Shown in pieces: positions 1 to 14,100 of a stretch of DNA of 64,000 nucleotides. The stretch covers positions 69,192,001-69,256,000 of the forward strand of contig NC_043001.1 in the NCBI RefSeq assembly GCF_006345805.1. The letters run 5' to 3'. The notes beneath the pieces were generated by a model, which was not told the DNA's origin, made no database searches, and worked only from the letters and a program-made list of their open reading frames with translations. Source of the DNA: Octopus sinensis (taxonomy: Eukaryota). The translations under genes and the position numbers were made by a program. The number at the start of each line of letters is the position of its first letter. The first letter of the stretch is position 1.

Positions 1-10
1 GTGTGTATGT

Positions 11-52
<42 letters not shown>

Positions 53-69
53 TTATGACTGTGTTTGTA

Positions 70-220
70 TTCCCAACCATTGCTGGACAACTGATGTTGG
101 TGTGTTTACATCTACGTAATGTAGCAGTTCGGCAAAAGAGTTCGACAGAATAAGTACTAGGAAAAGAATATGTCCAAGGGCCGATATCGTCATCTAAAAT
201 CGCTTAAGGCGGTGCTCCAT
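70..220 (+). mobile_element. SINE family A tail only (further tails at about 1088-1215, 44430-44600, 53085-53260)
   Basis: GACAAC..GATGTTGGTGTGTTTAC...GTTCGGCAAAAGAG...AGAATAAGTACTAGG...GGCGGTGCTCCA shared among copies. Confidence 0.75.
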
Positions 221-1236
221 ATGTTTGTGATGTGTGTGTGTGTGTGCGTGCGCGCGTGTTTGCTTGTGCGCTCCCAACAAACATCACTTGGGTAAGTGTC
301 TCCAACCTCTGTTCCACAGATCTCTACATCTTCGTTCGTATTTTTTTTCTCTGTTTCTTAGAAGAAGCTTGTTTCCTGTCACCTCGATTAAGTCTTGACT
401 CTCTTTTCAACGCATAACTGAGTCCCTAACTAAGCATAAATCACACTTCTTCACAAACGTTGTCACACTTGGAAATCTTTTATATCATATTTTGTTTTAT
501 TCTCCTTACAACTGGCAACTTAGGTCTATTCAAAGTAACATTTTCAGTCAATATACACAGCTATTTTTATATTTTTTCTAAAATATATAACAGCAAAAAC
601 AGAGATGTTCAGAGTGTTTAGAATGAAATACTGTCTAATTGCTTTAAAAAGAAATGCTGCTAGACATAAATATATACAATGTCATGCAGGTACATACATT
701 TGAAATACAGTAATGATTACTGAACGAAGATTTGTACAAGTGGTATTAACTCAAAGTTAATGCAAATAATTGGAGCATCGAACTGCAACAACAGACAACA
801 CACAGATAAATGAAACTGAGTTGAGATTAATCAAAATTGAACCGTTGCAGATACATTAAATATGCAGCGTAGAAGTGTAGTATGAAATTTGCTTCTGAAC
901 CACGTTGTCCCTGGATGAGTTACATGCGTGACATCTGCAGCAAGTGTATTCTACTATGGCCTAGGGCCGTTCAAAGTCTTGTCTATGAATTTCTTACACA
1001 GGAACTGAAAGGAACCGTTCGTATATATGTGTGTGAGCATGTGTGTGTACGTGTGAGTGTGTGTGTCTTTGTGTCTGTATTTATAGCTGTCCACCTCTTG
1101 ACAACAAGAAATGGTGTGTTTAATTCACCATAGCCTAGCAGTTCGACAAATGGGCTAGATAGAATAAGTACCGGGTGTAAACCAAAAACAAGTACTGCGA
1201 TTTTTCGACTAAATTGTATATATATATATATATATA

Positions 1237-1291
<55 letters not shown>

Positions 1292-1559
1292 TTGTGTGTG
1301 TGTGCGTGTGTGTGTATATATATATATATATTATATTCACTATTACCTCGACTGCCAAAGTGCAATAGTTAACTTAGATGTAGGACACCATTTCAAGCTT
1401 GTTATGCAATCATTTACGTTTCATTAACGCATTACATATAACGTACAAGTATTTGACAGTAAAAGCTTGCGAGATTAATAAATTTATGAAAGAAATAAAA
1501 TTCAAATGATTTGTTTTGTTCTTATCTAGTGTATGTATACACACAAACGCACACACACG

Positions 1560-1621
<62 letters not shown>

Positions 1622-3106
1622 AACACACACATTTTATATGTATGTATTCAAGTATATATAGGGATTGAGAAATACCTAATTTATACTGAGTTCCATTACT
1701 ACTATTTTTATTCTCAAGTCGATACTTGCGCACGTGTAAGTGTGTGTACGTGTATGTGTATGCACGTGTGTGTATATGCGTGCACGTACGTGTGTGTGTA
1801 CGTGTGTGTGTGTGTGTGTATGTGTGTGTGTGCGAGTGTATGCATAATCACATTCGATATATATTGTTTTATTACGGATACGGAACTTTAAACCATGTAG
1901 ATATGACTTTAAAGCGCTTTGTTACATACGTATCGTATAAGCTCCACTCTTCAATTTAATTTGTATTATTTACAAAATGTGTTATAATTGCATAATTTAC
2001 TTACTTTTGTTGCATAAAATCTATTCTGATTTTCCTTTCATAAATCTATTGTCGAACACGCGAAACGACATCTCATAAAATTTTTTCTTTATGTCGAAGG
2101 GGGAAAAAATCGAAGATTTTGATTAGTATATAATCATATTACTTTTGGATCTCAACATAGTTATAGTTTTACAGATTTATGGTTTATTTTATAGTTTTAT
2201 TTTCATATTCATCGAATATTTATTTTCTTATATGTTGAAAATGTATTTGATGTGATATTCATGTGGAAGCGTTCGCTGCCAAAGAAAGTTCTAGATATTG
2301 TCTTTAAATGTCACAAATTCGATTATTTTAAAGTATACTCTAGCTGTCAAACTACTAGAGCAGAGTTGTGTCATATGAGAAAGAGAATCAATAAGCTATC
2401 ACACAAATAATATACGTGATTAATCTTCTATTGTCAGATTGTCAATTCTCTTATTACAATGAATTGTATTGCATTCTTTAATCAGTGTTGGCGCCATTTT
2501 ATATAGTTTGAATATCGAGGATCAGAAGAAACTGGCAGCAAAAGAAATAATGATATTGATAGTGGTGGTGGTGCGGAATGCGTGTGTGTGTGTGGGGGGG
2601 GGCAGTAAAAGAATATGGTAGATATAAAAAAAAAACTATAATGAAATACAATGATAATAATGATGATGATGGTATGGAAGAATAGAAGTATTGTCTTGGT
2701 TGAGGTGGCCATGTTAGCGGTATTGGTGATGAGGAGGACGACAATAATGAATGAGCAACAGAAGACGGGGAAGAAGGTAGAGAGGAAGAAAGAAGACGAG
2801 AAGAGAGACAGAGACGAAGTATGTGAATGATGATTATTGAGGAAGGGAGGGGGAAGAAAACGTGAAGTGGAAGAAAAGGAGATAGAGTAGAAGTAGGAGG
2901 TGAGGTATGAGGGGGTAAAATGTGAGGAAAAGTAGAAGGAAGAGGGGAAGTGGGAGGATGTAGAATAAGAGAAGAAATGAAAAGGAGGGGGAGCAGAGGA
3001 AAGAGAATAAGAGAAAGACGGAGAGAAGGCGGCGAATAGGAATGATGATGATGATGATGATGATGTTGATGATGATGGCGATGATGGTAGTAATATTAAT
3101 GATCAA

Positions 3107-3320
3107 GAATTCAAATTTTGGTACAAGGCCAGCCTTGTTCGAGGGAAGGGTAAAGTTGATTACATCAACACCGCTGTTTAACTTGTACTTATTTTATCGA
3201 CCCCCGAAAGGCTGAAAGGCAGAGTCGCCACCGGCGGCATTTGAACGGAGAGCGTAAACTCTGAAGAAATGCTGCAAATCATTTTCCCCGGCGCACCAAT
3301 GGTTCTGCCAGCTCGACACG
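3107..3320 (-). mobile_element. SINE family C (further decayed copies at about 6528-6645 + and 37915-38165 -)
   Basis: Minus strand GAGCTGGCAGAA head...GCCTTTCAGCCTTTCGGGGGTCGATAAAATAAGTAC...GGCCTTGTACCAAAATTTGAA shared among copies. Confidence 0.7.
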
Positions 3321-3323
3321 CTA

Positions 3324-3371
<48 letters not shown>

Positions 3372-3380
3372 GTAATAGTA

Positions 3381-3446
<66 letters not shown>
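3324..3446. repeat. (TAA)n microsatellite (others at 4178-4300, 25517-25680, 37510-37566, 37648-37755, 60270-60553, 62840-62940)
   Basis: Direct reading. Confidence 0.98.
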
Positions 3447-4295
<849 letters not shown>

Positions 4296-4339
4296 TTGAT
4301 GATGATTATGATGAAGAGGATGATGATGATGACGGTGAT

Positions 4340-4744
4340 TGCTGAAAGTACATGATATAACAATAAAAGACAAGGTAAAGCGAATTTGTTCTCTCATTGA
4401 TTCATCTTGTTCATTTCATTCCACGGTTGTGAAGAAAGATAAACATTTAAAAAAATACAATCTCTTAAAATTTGAGATTGCGAGAATTTGGAATATGAAA
4501 TCTGTAAAGGCTGTACCTATGATAATTGGTGCATTACAGACAGTGAGTAATGACATAGACCAATGGTTAAAGGAGACAGGAATGGAATATCCTGTAGAGC
4601 TTTTGCAGAAATTTTGCCTCTTATGAACGGGCATGATCATCTCTGCACTTGATGATTTATTGAAATCATGTGGATAACAAAGCTTACCGGTAGTTACTCG
4701 TTACACATTTAAATTCCATCTGGATTAAGACCAATCCAGAGTTA
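4340..4744 (+). mobile_element. R4/Dong 3' fragment, different subfamily
   Basis: DITIKDK...LIDSSC...KKYNLLKFEIARIWNMK...PMIIGAL...LLQKFCLL, followed by (AAT)n. Confidence 0.75.
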
Positions 4745-4774
4745 AATAATAATAATAATAATAATAATAATACG

Positions 4775-5039
4775 AACAAAAAAGAAGAAAAGAAGTAGAA
4801 AAGAAGAGGAAGAAAAAGAAAACAAGAAGGATAAGACGAAGAAGAAGAAGAAGAAAACAAGGAGATAAGAAGAAGCAGAAGATAAGAAGAAGAAGAAGAA
4901 GAGAAAAAAAGAAGAAAAAGAAGAAGAAGAAGAAGAAGAAGAAGAAGAAGAAGAAGAAGAAGAAGAAGAAGATGAAGAAGATGATGATGATGATGATGAG
5001 GATGATGATGATGAGGATGATGATGATGAAGAAAAAGAA

Positions 5040-5074
<35 letters not shown>

Positions 5075-5094
5075 AGAAGAAGAAGAAGAAGAAG

Positions 5095-5125
<31 letters not shown>
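4775..5125. repeat. Polypurine (GAA)n/(GAT)n tract
   Basis: Direct reading. Confidence 0.97.
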
Positions 5126-7122
5126 TAGCACTTTACATGTTGTTTTAGTTACTGGTGACAAATTTTATGAGGATCACATATTTTTTTAATAGAAATTTCT
5201 ATAAAAACTCTGTTCTGTAAACAACCCCACGGAGACTAACAATGTGTTATATTCCATACTTAGAAACGAAATGGAACATGACATAAAGGATTGAAAATAC
5301 TATATTAATGATTATTATTTTATCAAAGGGATTTTATAAGAATGACATAATGGAAGTAAACTAATATTAGTATTCACAAACGGTATAAATTCATTTGTTT
5401 TCCTATTTACACTCCTCTTCCTGTTATTTGTAGTACGGTACTGTAATTAAATTAAAATGGAGTGGTTCTCACCCTAGGCATCAAGGGCCAACTGTGAGAA
5501 CTGTAGGTGACATTACTTTAGCTTCCAGAAATATCTATGCTTTTCTTTGCTTATATCAGTGCCAGTTACAAGCCAAACCATAAGCACCTCGCATAGCAAA
5601 TTTTATGGTCAGTAAAATCTCTATATGTAGAATGTTGATATTTGTCTCTTTGACTTGGAATAATGTAACCATTTCTCAAAGATTCGTTTCCAATCTTCAC
5701 ACGCAAATCGAAAAACATCCGAAAATTAAAATTATAGAATTAAATCACGGACCCAACGTCCCCCTGGGACAAGACCGGGAGTATTGGGATGAGATTTATG
5801 TATATATTCCAGTTGATAGTGACAATAGACTATTTGTAGATGAGTTTTCGTGTGAAGTTGTAAATCGTCGGCATTTAGTAATTCTTTTGCCGTTCATTTC
5901 TCTTTAATACCATTCTCATTTTCCTCAGTTCTGCACTTCTCTCTTTGTCTGTTGCCAATTGTATTTCTTTCTCTCTTCCTTGAAGACACGCATACCATCA
6001 CGTACACACCCATAAATGTACATGCCCATACACGCACACTGCAATGTCTTGACAGTAAAAATTCCTCATTTCATAGTCATATTCTGAAAACAGTGTATGT
6101 TATTTATAATTCCAGGGAAAGTAGTAACTATTGTATACTTGTAATGATTTTACGCATAGATTTGATATCAAATGTTCACACATTCTGTCCAGTTAATTCT
6201 CTAAGTTGTACATGTGTCTACTAACTCTGCTAAACGTTCTGACATTCACTGCAACCTGCATTACAGACCACCAGGCGGGGCTGCTATACGGGTGTCAACT
6301 GAGCAACACTGCTACCTTTACGCGCTCTTTTTTTTTGTAAATATAACAAAATAAGTCGAGCGTATCTGCCATTACTTTATTTAGATCATACTGTGAATAA
6401 TTTATCTCCTGAGCTACAATCCTTTTTCTGATGTTTACATGTAAAGCCATAACGTAGATAGTGTTTTAGTTAGTTGCTACAAACATCTAGGCTATGCTTA
6501 TTTAATTTTAAATTAATTACAATATTGTCTGGCGGAATCGTTCGCAAATCGGACAAACTGATTAGCAACGTTTATTCCGGCTTTTTACGTTCTGAATTTT
6601 AAACTCCATCGTGGTCGACTTTGCCTGTCGTCCTTTTGGGAATCAATTAAACAATGTACAAGTCCAATACAGAAGTTGATGTAATGAAGTTGTTCATCCC
6701 ATATAAGTTTCTGGATTTATAACAAAATTTGAGATAATCATTACCATGGATGGCTCGTGTACCTTTCCCTAATTTTGTAACAGAGTCTCTTAGGAAAATC
6801 ATGAACATTAAATGACGCCCAACATATTCCTTAAAAATAATCAGTTTCCCATTGATTTAGGTAAAAAGCCAACTGTGAAATGTTGCTGTGAAATCGAAAT
6901 CATAATGCTAAAAACACCGGTTCGTTTCAATATATCCTCAATACGTATAATTGGCCTCACGTATTGAAGAACATCAATATTATTGATATTTCCTGAGATA
7001 ATAGGGCTGCTCTTTTACTATTTTAATGAAATTAGATTTTGCATTTATTCTATATCGATGTTTTTAATATCTGACACTTGCGAGCGCATAATTCAAATAA
7101 AACACACAGACACACACACAAG

Positions 7123-7153
<31 letters not shown>

Positions 7154-8251
7154 ACACGCTCAAACACACACATAAGATTATCACAATAATCTTGCACACT
7201 CCATAATGTGATTCGAAATTCAGTTATTAAGAGAAATGGCTCTAGAAACGTACGATGCAGTTAACTAGCGCAACACAGCCTGAAACTATATTCCAAGTTG
7301 AAATATAGCGCTCATATATATTCAAATATAATTTAAAATCAATTTATGTATGGCAATCATTTGTATTTCCATTTGTATATTCCATTTTTCTTTGCCTTCA
7401 ATGTTTATATGTGAGCAATGTACTGCTGTTTCTAAATTGCTGCAAGGAAGTAAGAAAATCAACATAGAAGCCAATAGTGGAATTATAAAAATGAAAACAA
7501 CTTTATAGAAACATAATTATTTGTTTCTTCTTTATATGTGTAAGGAATGGAGCACGTAGTACCTACCACTGCAACAATATATATACCAACGTGTATATGT
7601 TTTGGGATTCAGTTTGTGGTGACGGACATTCATCCCAATGCATTGAAGCCAATATTCTATATGATTCTATGAATTAATATTTTATTTGATTGAAAGAAAG
7701 GTACATATGGACAATTGCATAGAGGTACAAGGGAAACTTTACATGTGCGTTCATGTGTAAACAGGTATTCATGTATATATACATTTGTATGCATGTATGT
7801 ATGCATGTAAGTGCGTAACAAGCATATGTTTTGCAATATACTTGAGAATTAATTTAAATCCAACTTATTTTCGCCGCATTACTATACACACACACACGCG
7901 CACAAACACATACTCTTTCTTTCTCTTTCTCTCACACACCCAAAAAAAATCACAGATGATATATATATATATATACGGGCAACCCCCGTCCAATATCTGC
8001 TGAATAAAAAGCAATCAGTGTTTACTTTTCATTAAAAAATAATTAAGCATGCCTTTATTTCAATAAATGTTTTGGTTTTGTTAAAGGAAATTAAGGCAAA
8101 AAAAAAACTTCTTAATGAACCAATTAGTCTTTCCTTCCTTCATGCCGAGTTTGAGAAAATATCGCTTTTGCATGTTACTTTTTTGGTCTCTTAAATATAG
8201 TGCATTTTGTGGCATTATTTCAAGCCAACAGGGTTTTTGTGCAAACTGCAA

Positions 8252-8489
8252 ATGCACTTTTCTCGCGTACGCGTAGTATCGATCGCAACAGCTGATGTAC
8301 TTGCGCGTACAAGTCCACGTTCCCACGGCTTTATTGATCGCATTCTCACCTGGAATCGATTTTTGTAATATCTTCAAGACTTAAACACACCCTGATACCA
8401 TCGGTATCTACATATCAAATTTGAGTGCAATCGGATGGAGGATTCCCGAGATCCTAGAAGACACACAGGCAAACAGACAGAACAGCTTT

Positions 8490-8500
<11 letters not shown>
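8252..8500 (-). mobile_element. Non-autonomous Helitron-like fragment H1 (second copy 13350-13584, + strand)
   Basis: About 230-bp homology between the two loci in opposite orientation. The 5' end (TATATAAAAGCTG..CTGTCTGT..ATCCGATTGCACTCAAATTTG) resembles Helitron non-autonomous starts. Confidence 0.55.
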
Positions 8501-8527
<27 letters not shown>

Positions 8528-8529
<2 letters not shown>

Positions 8530-8690
8530 CGCAGGAGTGGCTGTGTGGTAAGTAGCTTGCTTACCAAGCACATAGTTCCGGGTTCAGTCCCACTGCGTGG
8601 CACCTTGGAAAAGTGTCTTCAACTACAGCCTCGGTTCGAGCAAAGCCCTGTGAGTGGATTTGGTAGAAGGAAACTGAAAGAAGCCCGTCG
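8528..8690 (+). mobile_element. SINE family A head only
   Basis: High similarity to 13761-13922; ends at (TA)n. Confidence 0.85.
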
Positions 8691-8727
<37 letters not shown>

Positions 8728-9153
8728 ATGTATGTGTGTATCTGTCTATCTTTGTATCTGTATCTGTGCATGTGTGAATCCCTAAAACTTGAAAACTACA
8801 CAGCCAATTTCATTCAAATCTTACACATGCCTCACCTAGGGTCCATGTAGTGTCATAGGCTAAAAAAATTTTAACATCTTGCCTAGTGCGAGCCTACAGC
8901 AATATCATATATTCTCCGCTATTTCAGTTTTACGTGTCAAAAGTGAAACAATAACATCGCTCTATTGTAACGTCAAATAGTTTCACTTTAATACTGAAAC
9001 TATAAGAGTGATACTATTATATACAGGCATACATACATATACTCTTAAATACATTTATATATAATATATATATATGTATATATATATATGTATGTGTGTG
9101 TGTGTGTGTGTCTGTGTGTGTCTGTATACATTTGCACAAATGTATATATATGC

Positions 9154-9238
<85 letters not shown>

Positions 9239-9251
9239 CATATGTATATTA

Positions 9252-10587
9252 TATCCCCCTCTTGTGGGTGGCCTTGACACGGCGGGGAGGCTTGCGTTCT
9301 TTTATGATCCCGAGAGCATGTGCCAGCGGGAGACGTGTTCCCTTGGAAGGTTTAACCTTGATGGTTTGGTCGAAGAGGGGGAGTCAGACAAAAGTATACA
9401 CATCGGCTTTCCAGATTCGAGGGTTGTGCTATACGCTAACACCCTATACACGTAAAAAGAACACCTTTTACAGAAACCAACTACAGTTCATTTAACACTA
9501 ATTCTATTCTTGGGAGAACTAGGGTTCCGTTCCGGAGACTGATGAATCGCTGTAGCCAAACCCGTCGGGAAGCTACAGGGCCGAGGACAACTTTGAAGGG
9601 CGGTTCAAAGCTGCTCTCCCAGAAGAAGCCCAGCCTTCTTGGAACCTGGAATGTGAGAGCACTCCGAGAGACTGCAAGGTGCGCACAAGTGGTGAGGGAG
9701 AGGCACCAGTATCACCTCACGCTACTCGGCATATGTGAAGTAAGGTGGAACTTTTTCGGGGCGATTAAATTAGAGACAGGCGAAACACTTCTCTACTCGG
9801 GTAAAGACAATGAAGAGGAACATTGCTGGGGTAGCGCTGCTGTTGTCGAAGAAAGCAGCAGAGAGTCTGATGGAGTGGGAACCGGTGTCTGATCGCATCA
9901 TCACGGCGAGGTTTGAGACCAGATTCCAGTAAGTGTCTATTATTTTGTGTTATGCACCTACAAACAATGCGGAAGAAGACACAAAAGACCTCTTTTACTC
10001 CCAGTTACAGACAGTGGTAGACATGATTCCCAGACATGTTGATTCTTATGGGAAACATGATTGCCAAAGTTGGAAGTGACAATAATGGAAGAGAGAAGGC
10101 GATGGGAAGAAATGGTCTCAGAGTAATGAATGAAAACAGGGAACTCCTAGCTGATTTCTGTGCAGTCAACAACATTTCTATTGGAGGCACCCTCTTCCCA
10201 CACATACGTTGCAATAAAGCCACTTGGGTATCACCAGATCAACAGACGGAAAACCGGATCGACCATATCGCAGTCCCGCAAAGTTGGAGGAGTTCACTTC
10301 AAGATGTGAGAACCAAGCGAGGAGCAGCTATTGGATTGGATCACCACTTGGTGATAGCGAAACTCAAGGTGCAGTTTTCAACAAGGTGAAGCTTTCAACA
10401 AAGTGACTACAAGCAAACCCACGGGTGAAATTTGATGTTCAGAAACTGAAAAGAGGAGAGTCAAAACAAGCTTTCCAGTTGGCTCTCCACAATCGATTTG
10501 AACCCCTACTGACGGAGGAGGCAGAGGCAACTGTGGGACAATCCTAGACAAACTTGAAGGCAGCTAAAGTTGGGGCGTGCAAAGAGA
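9252..10587 (+). mobile_element. RTE-clade LINE 5' portion (5'UTR and AP endonuclease), 3'-deleted
   Basis: GTWNVR, LGICEVRW, YSG, YAPT, LMGNMIAKVG, IDHIAV, DHHLVIAKLK APE motifs, with several frameshifts. GC-richer leader upstream. Confidence 0.85.
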
Positions 10588-11320
10588 GGCCCTTTTCTCT
10601 GAAGCAACGGGGCCTACGTCCCTCGATAGCTACTCTCATTGTTAGCGCCTATCGGGAAATCTTTCTAGATTTTCATTTGACGCTTGTACAACGATCTCTA
10701 GGGTTTGGCCTTTCCAGTTGATGGTTTCACGCTTTTTCAATTGCAAAATCGTCACTCCACGTCGTAGATGCCAGTCACCGCTACCCACATAACCTCGTAA
10801 CCAGCCGGAATTTCATCCACGGTAATTTTGGCTTTTCTGCGACCCAGGTATGTGGGTAGCAGAATTATTTTTTCGTTTCGCAAGGTTTTTGTGGAGAATT
10901 CCTTTGCTATGTTGGCCGTTTCGAATTGCGCTTCTACCGTTGCACTTCTCGTCCCACGGCCAATATAGGTTATTTGGTTCCTTACTAGGGACAAACATCT
11001 TTCTACGACATCGGTTTCTGCGTCCATAACTCGTTTCTCCTTCAAATTGTAAATTTTGTAGACGACCGTTCTCTCGTTCAACCCTTGCACTGTCTCTAGA
11101 GGAGGCAGTAGTTCCGTATCGCTACCGTTTTTTTAAAATCAAGCTGCGGAACCTAAATGATTCTTCTATTTTCACTTCCATTTCCGTCATATTGGCACCC
11201 ACCGCAGCAGAAAAGCTTAGTTTTTCCTTCGCCTGTTTCTCAATTTCACCGCTATTATCCTTTTCCATCGCGAGGAAATCTTTTTTAGATGTAATATTAA
11301 ATTCCATCGTAAACGTGTTT
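10588..11320 (-). mobile_element. L1/Tx1-like ORF1 (gag-like) relic
   Basis: LSFSAAVG N-terminal motif, RRM-like segment (TVEAQFETANIAKEF...LPTYLGRR), then MRVAIEGRRPRCF resembling a knuckle start. Homologous to 53880-54240. Confidence 0.5.
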
Positions 11321-13293
11321 TTACTTTGCCAAAATTACAAATAAATTAATACCCAGCAACGAGTCAATAAAAAGACAGTTGTGCAATATTTTTTTCCACA
11401 ATAAATTCCAAACAGAATTTGCTGCCCCGTAGGTCGAAAATTACTGTTCCACAAAGGACAACAGTTCAATTCAAGTCAAAGATAAATTCTCTAGCAAGTA
11501 GATCTTTATTATCTCATTTCTTTGGGGGATCTTTTCTTTTTGACGGCACCCGTGGAAATTTTGAAGTTTAGTGAAAATTTAAAAACTTGGTGCATCGATG
11601 GAATTTGGTGCATTTCATGATGAATGTCATTGGTATTTCACTTTTTCCAGGAAAATTATTTAAAAAAAGTTACAGAGGTTTAAAGTGTTAAGTCATACCT
11701 AGTCAGAAAACAGGATTTGGAAGTTGTCATTTTTTGCATGAATTCACATGTTCTCAACTGCAAACAAATGAAATATTGGCGGATTTCTGCTTTACGCACG
11801 CCATATCACCTCTCATAACTTAACTTTTATTTTTTGGAATTTTCAGAAAATTTTTACGAACTGTATTCTACACACGGGAATTCATATTATGTAAAAACCA
11901 AAGAAAAAGAAAAAAATTGGATCGTGATTTAGAACATTTTTAGCTATACTTTTTAGCACATCTCACGACCACCTAATACCTCCTGTGTTTTAAGCATTTA
12001 ATAAGTGAAAAATAACCAACTGAGTAAGCTGCTTAGTAATAGCTCCATCAGTTATTATGAAAAGTGGCACAAAACAGAAAAATCCTTCCTGGGCACTGTA
12101 GATAAAAAAGCATTTATGCGCAAATTAATATGCGTTAAATACAAAATGGGAGCGGAAAATAAATATGTTTGTTATCGAAAAATATATATACTAGAACGTA
12201 AGGTTGTCAATCGCAAGTGTTTGCTAAATCCACCAGTTATATATTGCATTCTGAAATAGCATGTCATCACTGTTGCAAAAGCTCCTCTTCAGTATGATAT
12301 AGATTTAACTTGTGAGAAATAAATGATCTGGAATGTAAACAAAAAACACGAACGTGATTAATTGTGGTTAAATGAACTACGGAATGAGTAGTGTGTAAAC
12401 GCCTCTTTCCAATTATATAAAGTCAAAAATGAAACACTCCTGCCCACTTACGAAATTACAGAACAGTAAATGGAGAGTCATGATAGTCATACACTTTAAA
12501 GTTCTTCAAAAAATGACAGAGAAATTGATTAGAAATAAAGGGAAAATTTATAAAGAAGTTCCTAGGCTAAAACACATAAACTTAATCACACATACATCTA
12601 TAATGCGAATACACACACATAAATAGTCGACTTATAGGAAAAAATTAGTACTAAATTGACACGCACGTCTACTAAACGAGTGTAAGTTTATCCACACTCA
12701 CATATATTTACACACACACAAACGTATATTCATAACCAGCCAATTCCAGTTATAACAAATTCTATGAGCTCTCTCGACTTAAACAAAAGGACTTTGAGTG
12801 TGTGTGTATATATATTTGTATGTGCATTTATGTGTGTTCGTGCAAGTGTTTGTGCTTATATATACGTATATATAAATGAGAGATACATGAATAGGCAGGA
12901 TGAGCTTCATTAATGGAAGTCAGCATGCCGTCATCTGCAGAGGTGATTTGTTGGTTTGTAATATCAGCGCTTATGTAGGTGTATAAGCTTGACTGCAAGT
13001 GTGAAAATTAGTGTGTGCAAAATATATAATCTAAATTTGGATCTACAATGATGTTCATTACAGGAGTCTGTTTTGTCTTCGAAAACTATTGATCCATATA
13101 ATAGTTTACTAATGAAACCGACTTCCTGTCCAATCAATTTAGTCAACACACAGGCATTTACTTCAATTTTTCTTGCCCATCGGGATAATATTAATTATGA
13201 TACCGCTTGCATTATTGGTTTTCTTAATATACCTATTTTTTCTGCCTTTCTATGTAGGCATATACATTAATATTAATATATATGTTTATTTTC

Positions 13294-13361
<68 letters not shown>

Positions 13362-13721
13362 GAATCCGTTCTGTCTGTCTAGGATCTCGCGCATCCTCCA
13401 TCCGATTGCGCTCAAATTTGATATGTAGATACCGAAGGTATCAGGGCGTGTATAAGTCTTGAAAATATTACAAAAATCGATTCCAGGGGAGAATGCGACC
13501 AATAAAGCCGTGGGAACGTGCATTTGTACGCATTAGTACATCAGTTGTTGCGATCGATACTACGCATACGCGCGAAAAATGCACGGTGTCTCAAATTTAA
13601 GTTAAATCAGTGTTTCTCAAAGGGGAGACCAATGGGACGGCCGGACAAGTTGTTTTCAGAAAATTTGGTTTAGATGTTTGACAACTCAGCACCGTCCACT
13701 GGACGGGGGCGTTTTGCTCGT

Positions 13722-13760
<39 letters not shown>

Positions 13761-13762
<2 letters not shown>

Positions 13763-14100
13763 CGCAGGAGTGGCTGTGTGGTAAGTAGCTTGCTAACCAA
13801 CCACATGGTTCCGGGTTCAGTCCCACTGCGTGGCATCTTGGGCAAGTGTCTTCTGCTATAGCCCCGGGCCGACCAATGCCTTGTGTGTGGATTTGGTAGA
13901 CGGAAACTGAAAGAAGCCTGTCGTATATATGTATATATATATGTATATATATGTGTGTGTCTGTGTTTGTCTGTATATGGTGGTGTGTTTACGTCCCCGT
14001 CACCTAGCAGTTCGGCAAAAGAGACCGATAGAATAAGTACTGGGCTTATAAAGAATAAATCCCGGGGTCGATTTGTAAAAGAGTAAAAGAGTAAAAGAGT
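13761..14100 (+). mobile_element. tRNA-derived SINE family A, complete (head, internal TA/TG microsatellite, tail)
   Basis: A box TGGCTGTGTGG, B box GGTTCAGTCC, GCATCTTGGGCAAG motif, tail TGTTTACGTCCCCGT..GCAGTTCGGCAAAAGAGACCGATAGAATAAGTAC, terminal (GTAAAAGA)3. Confidence 0.85.

Noticed and set aside
5605-5907. 100-aa ORF (also the 116-aa ORF at 58167-58517)
   Set aside because: No recognisable domain or homology; lengths are compatible with chance.
13608-13621. CAGTGTTTCTCAAA hAT/Charlie-like TIR
   Set aside because: No partner TIR or TSD found.
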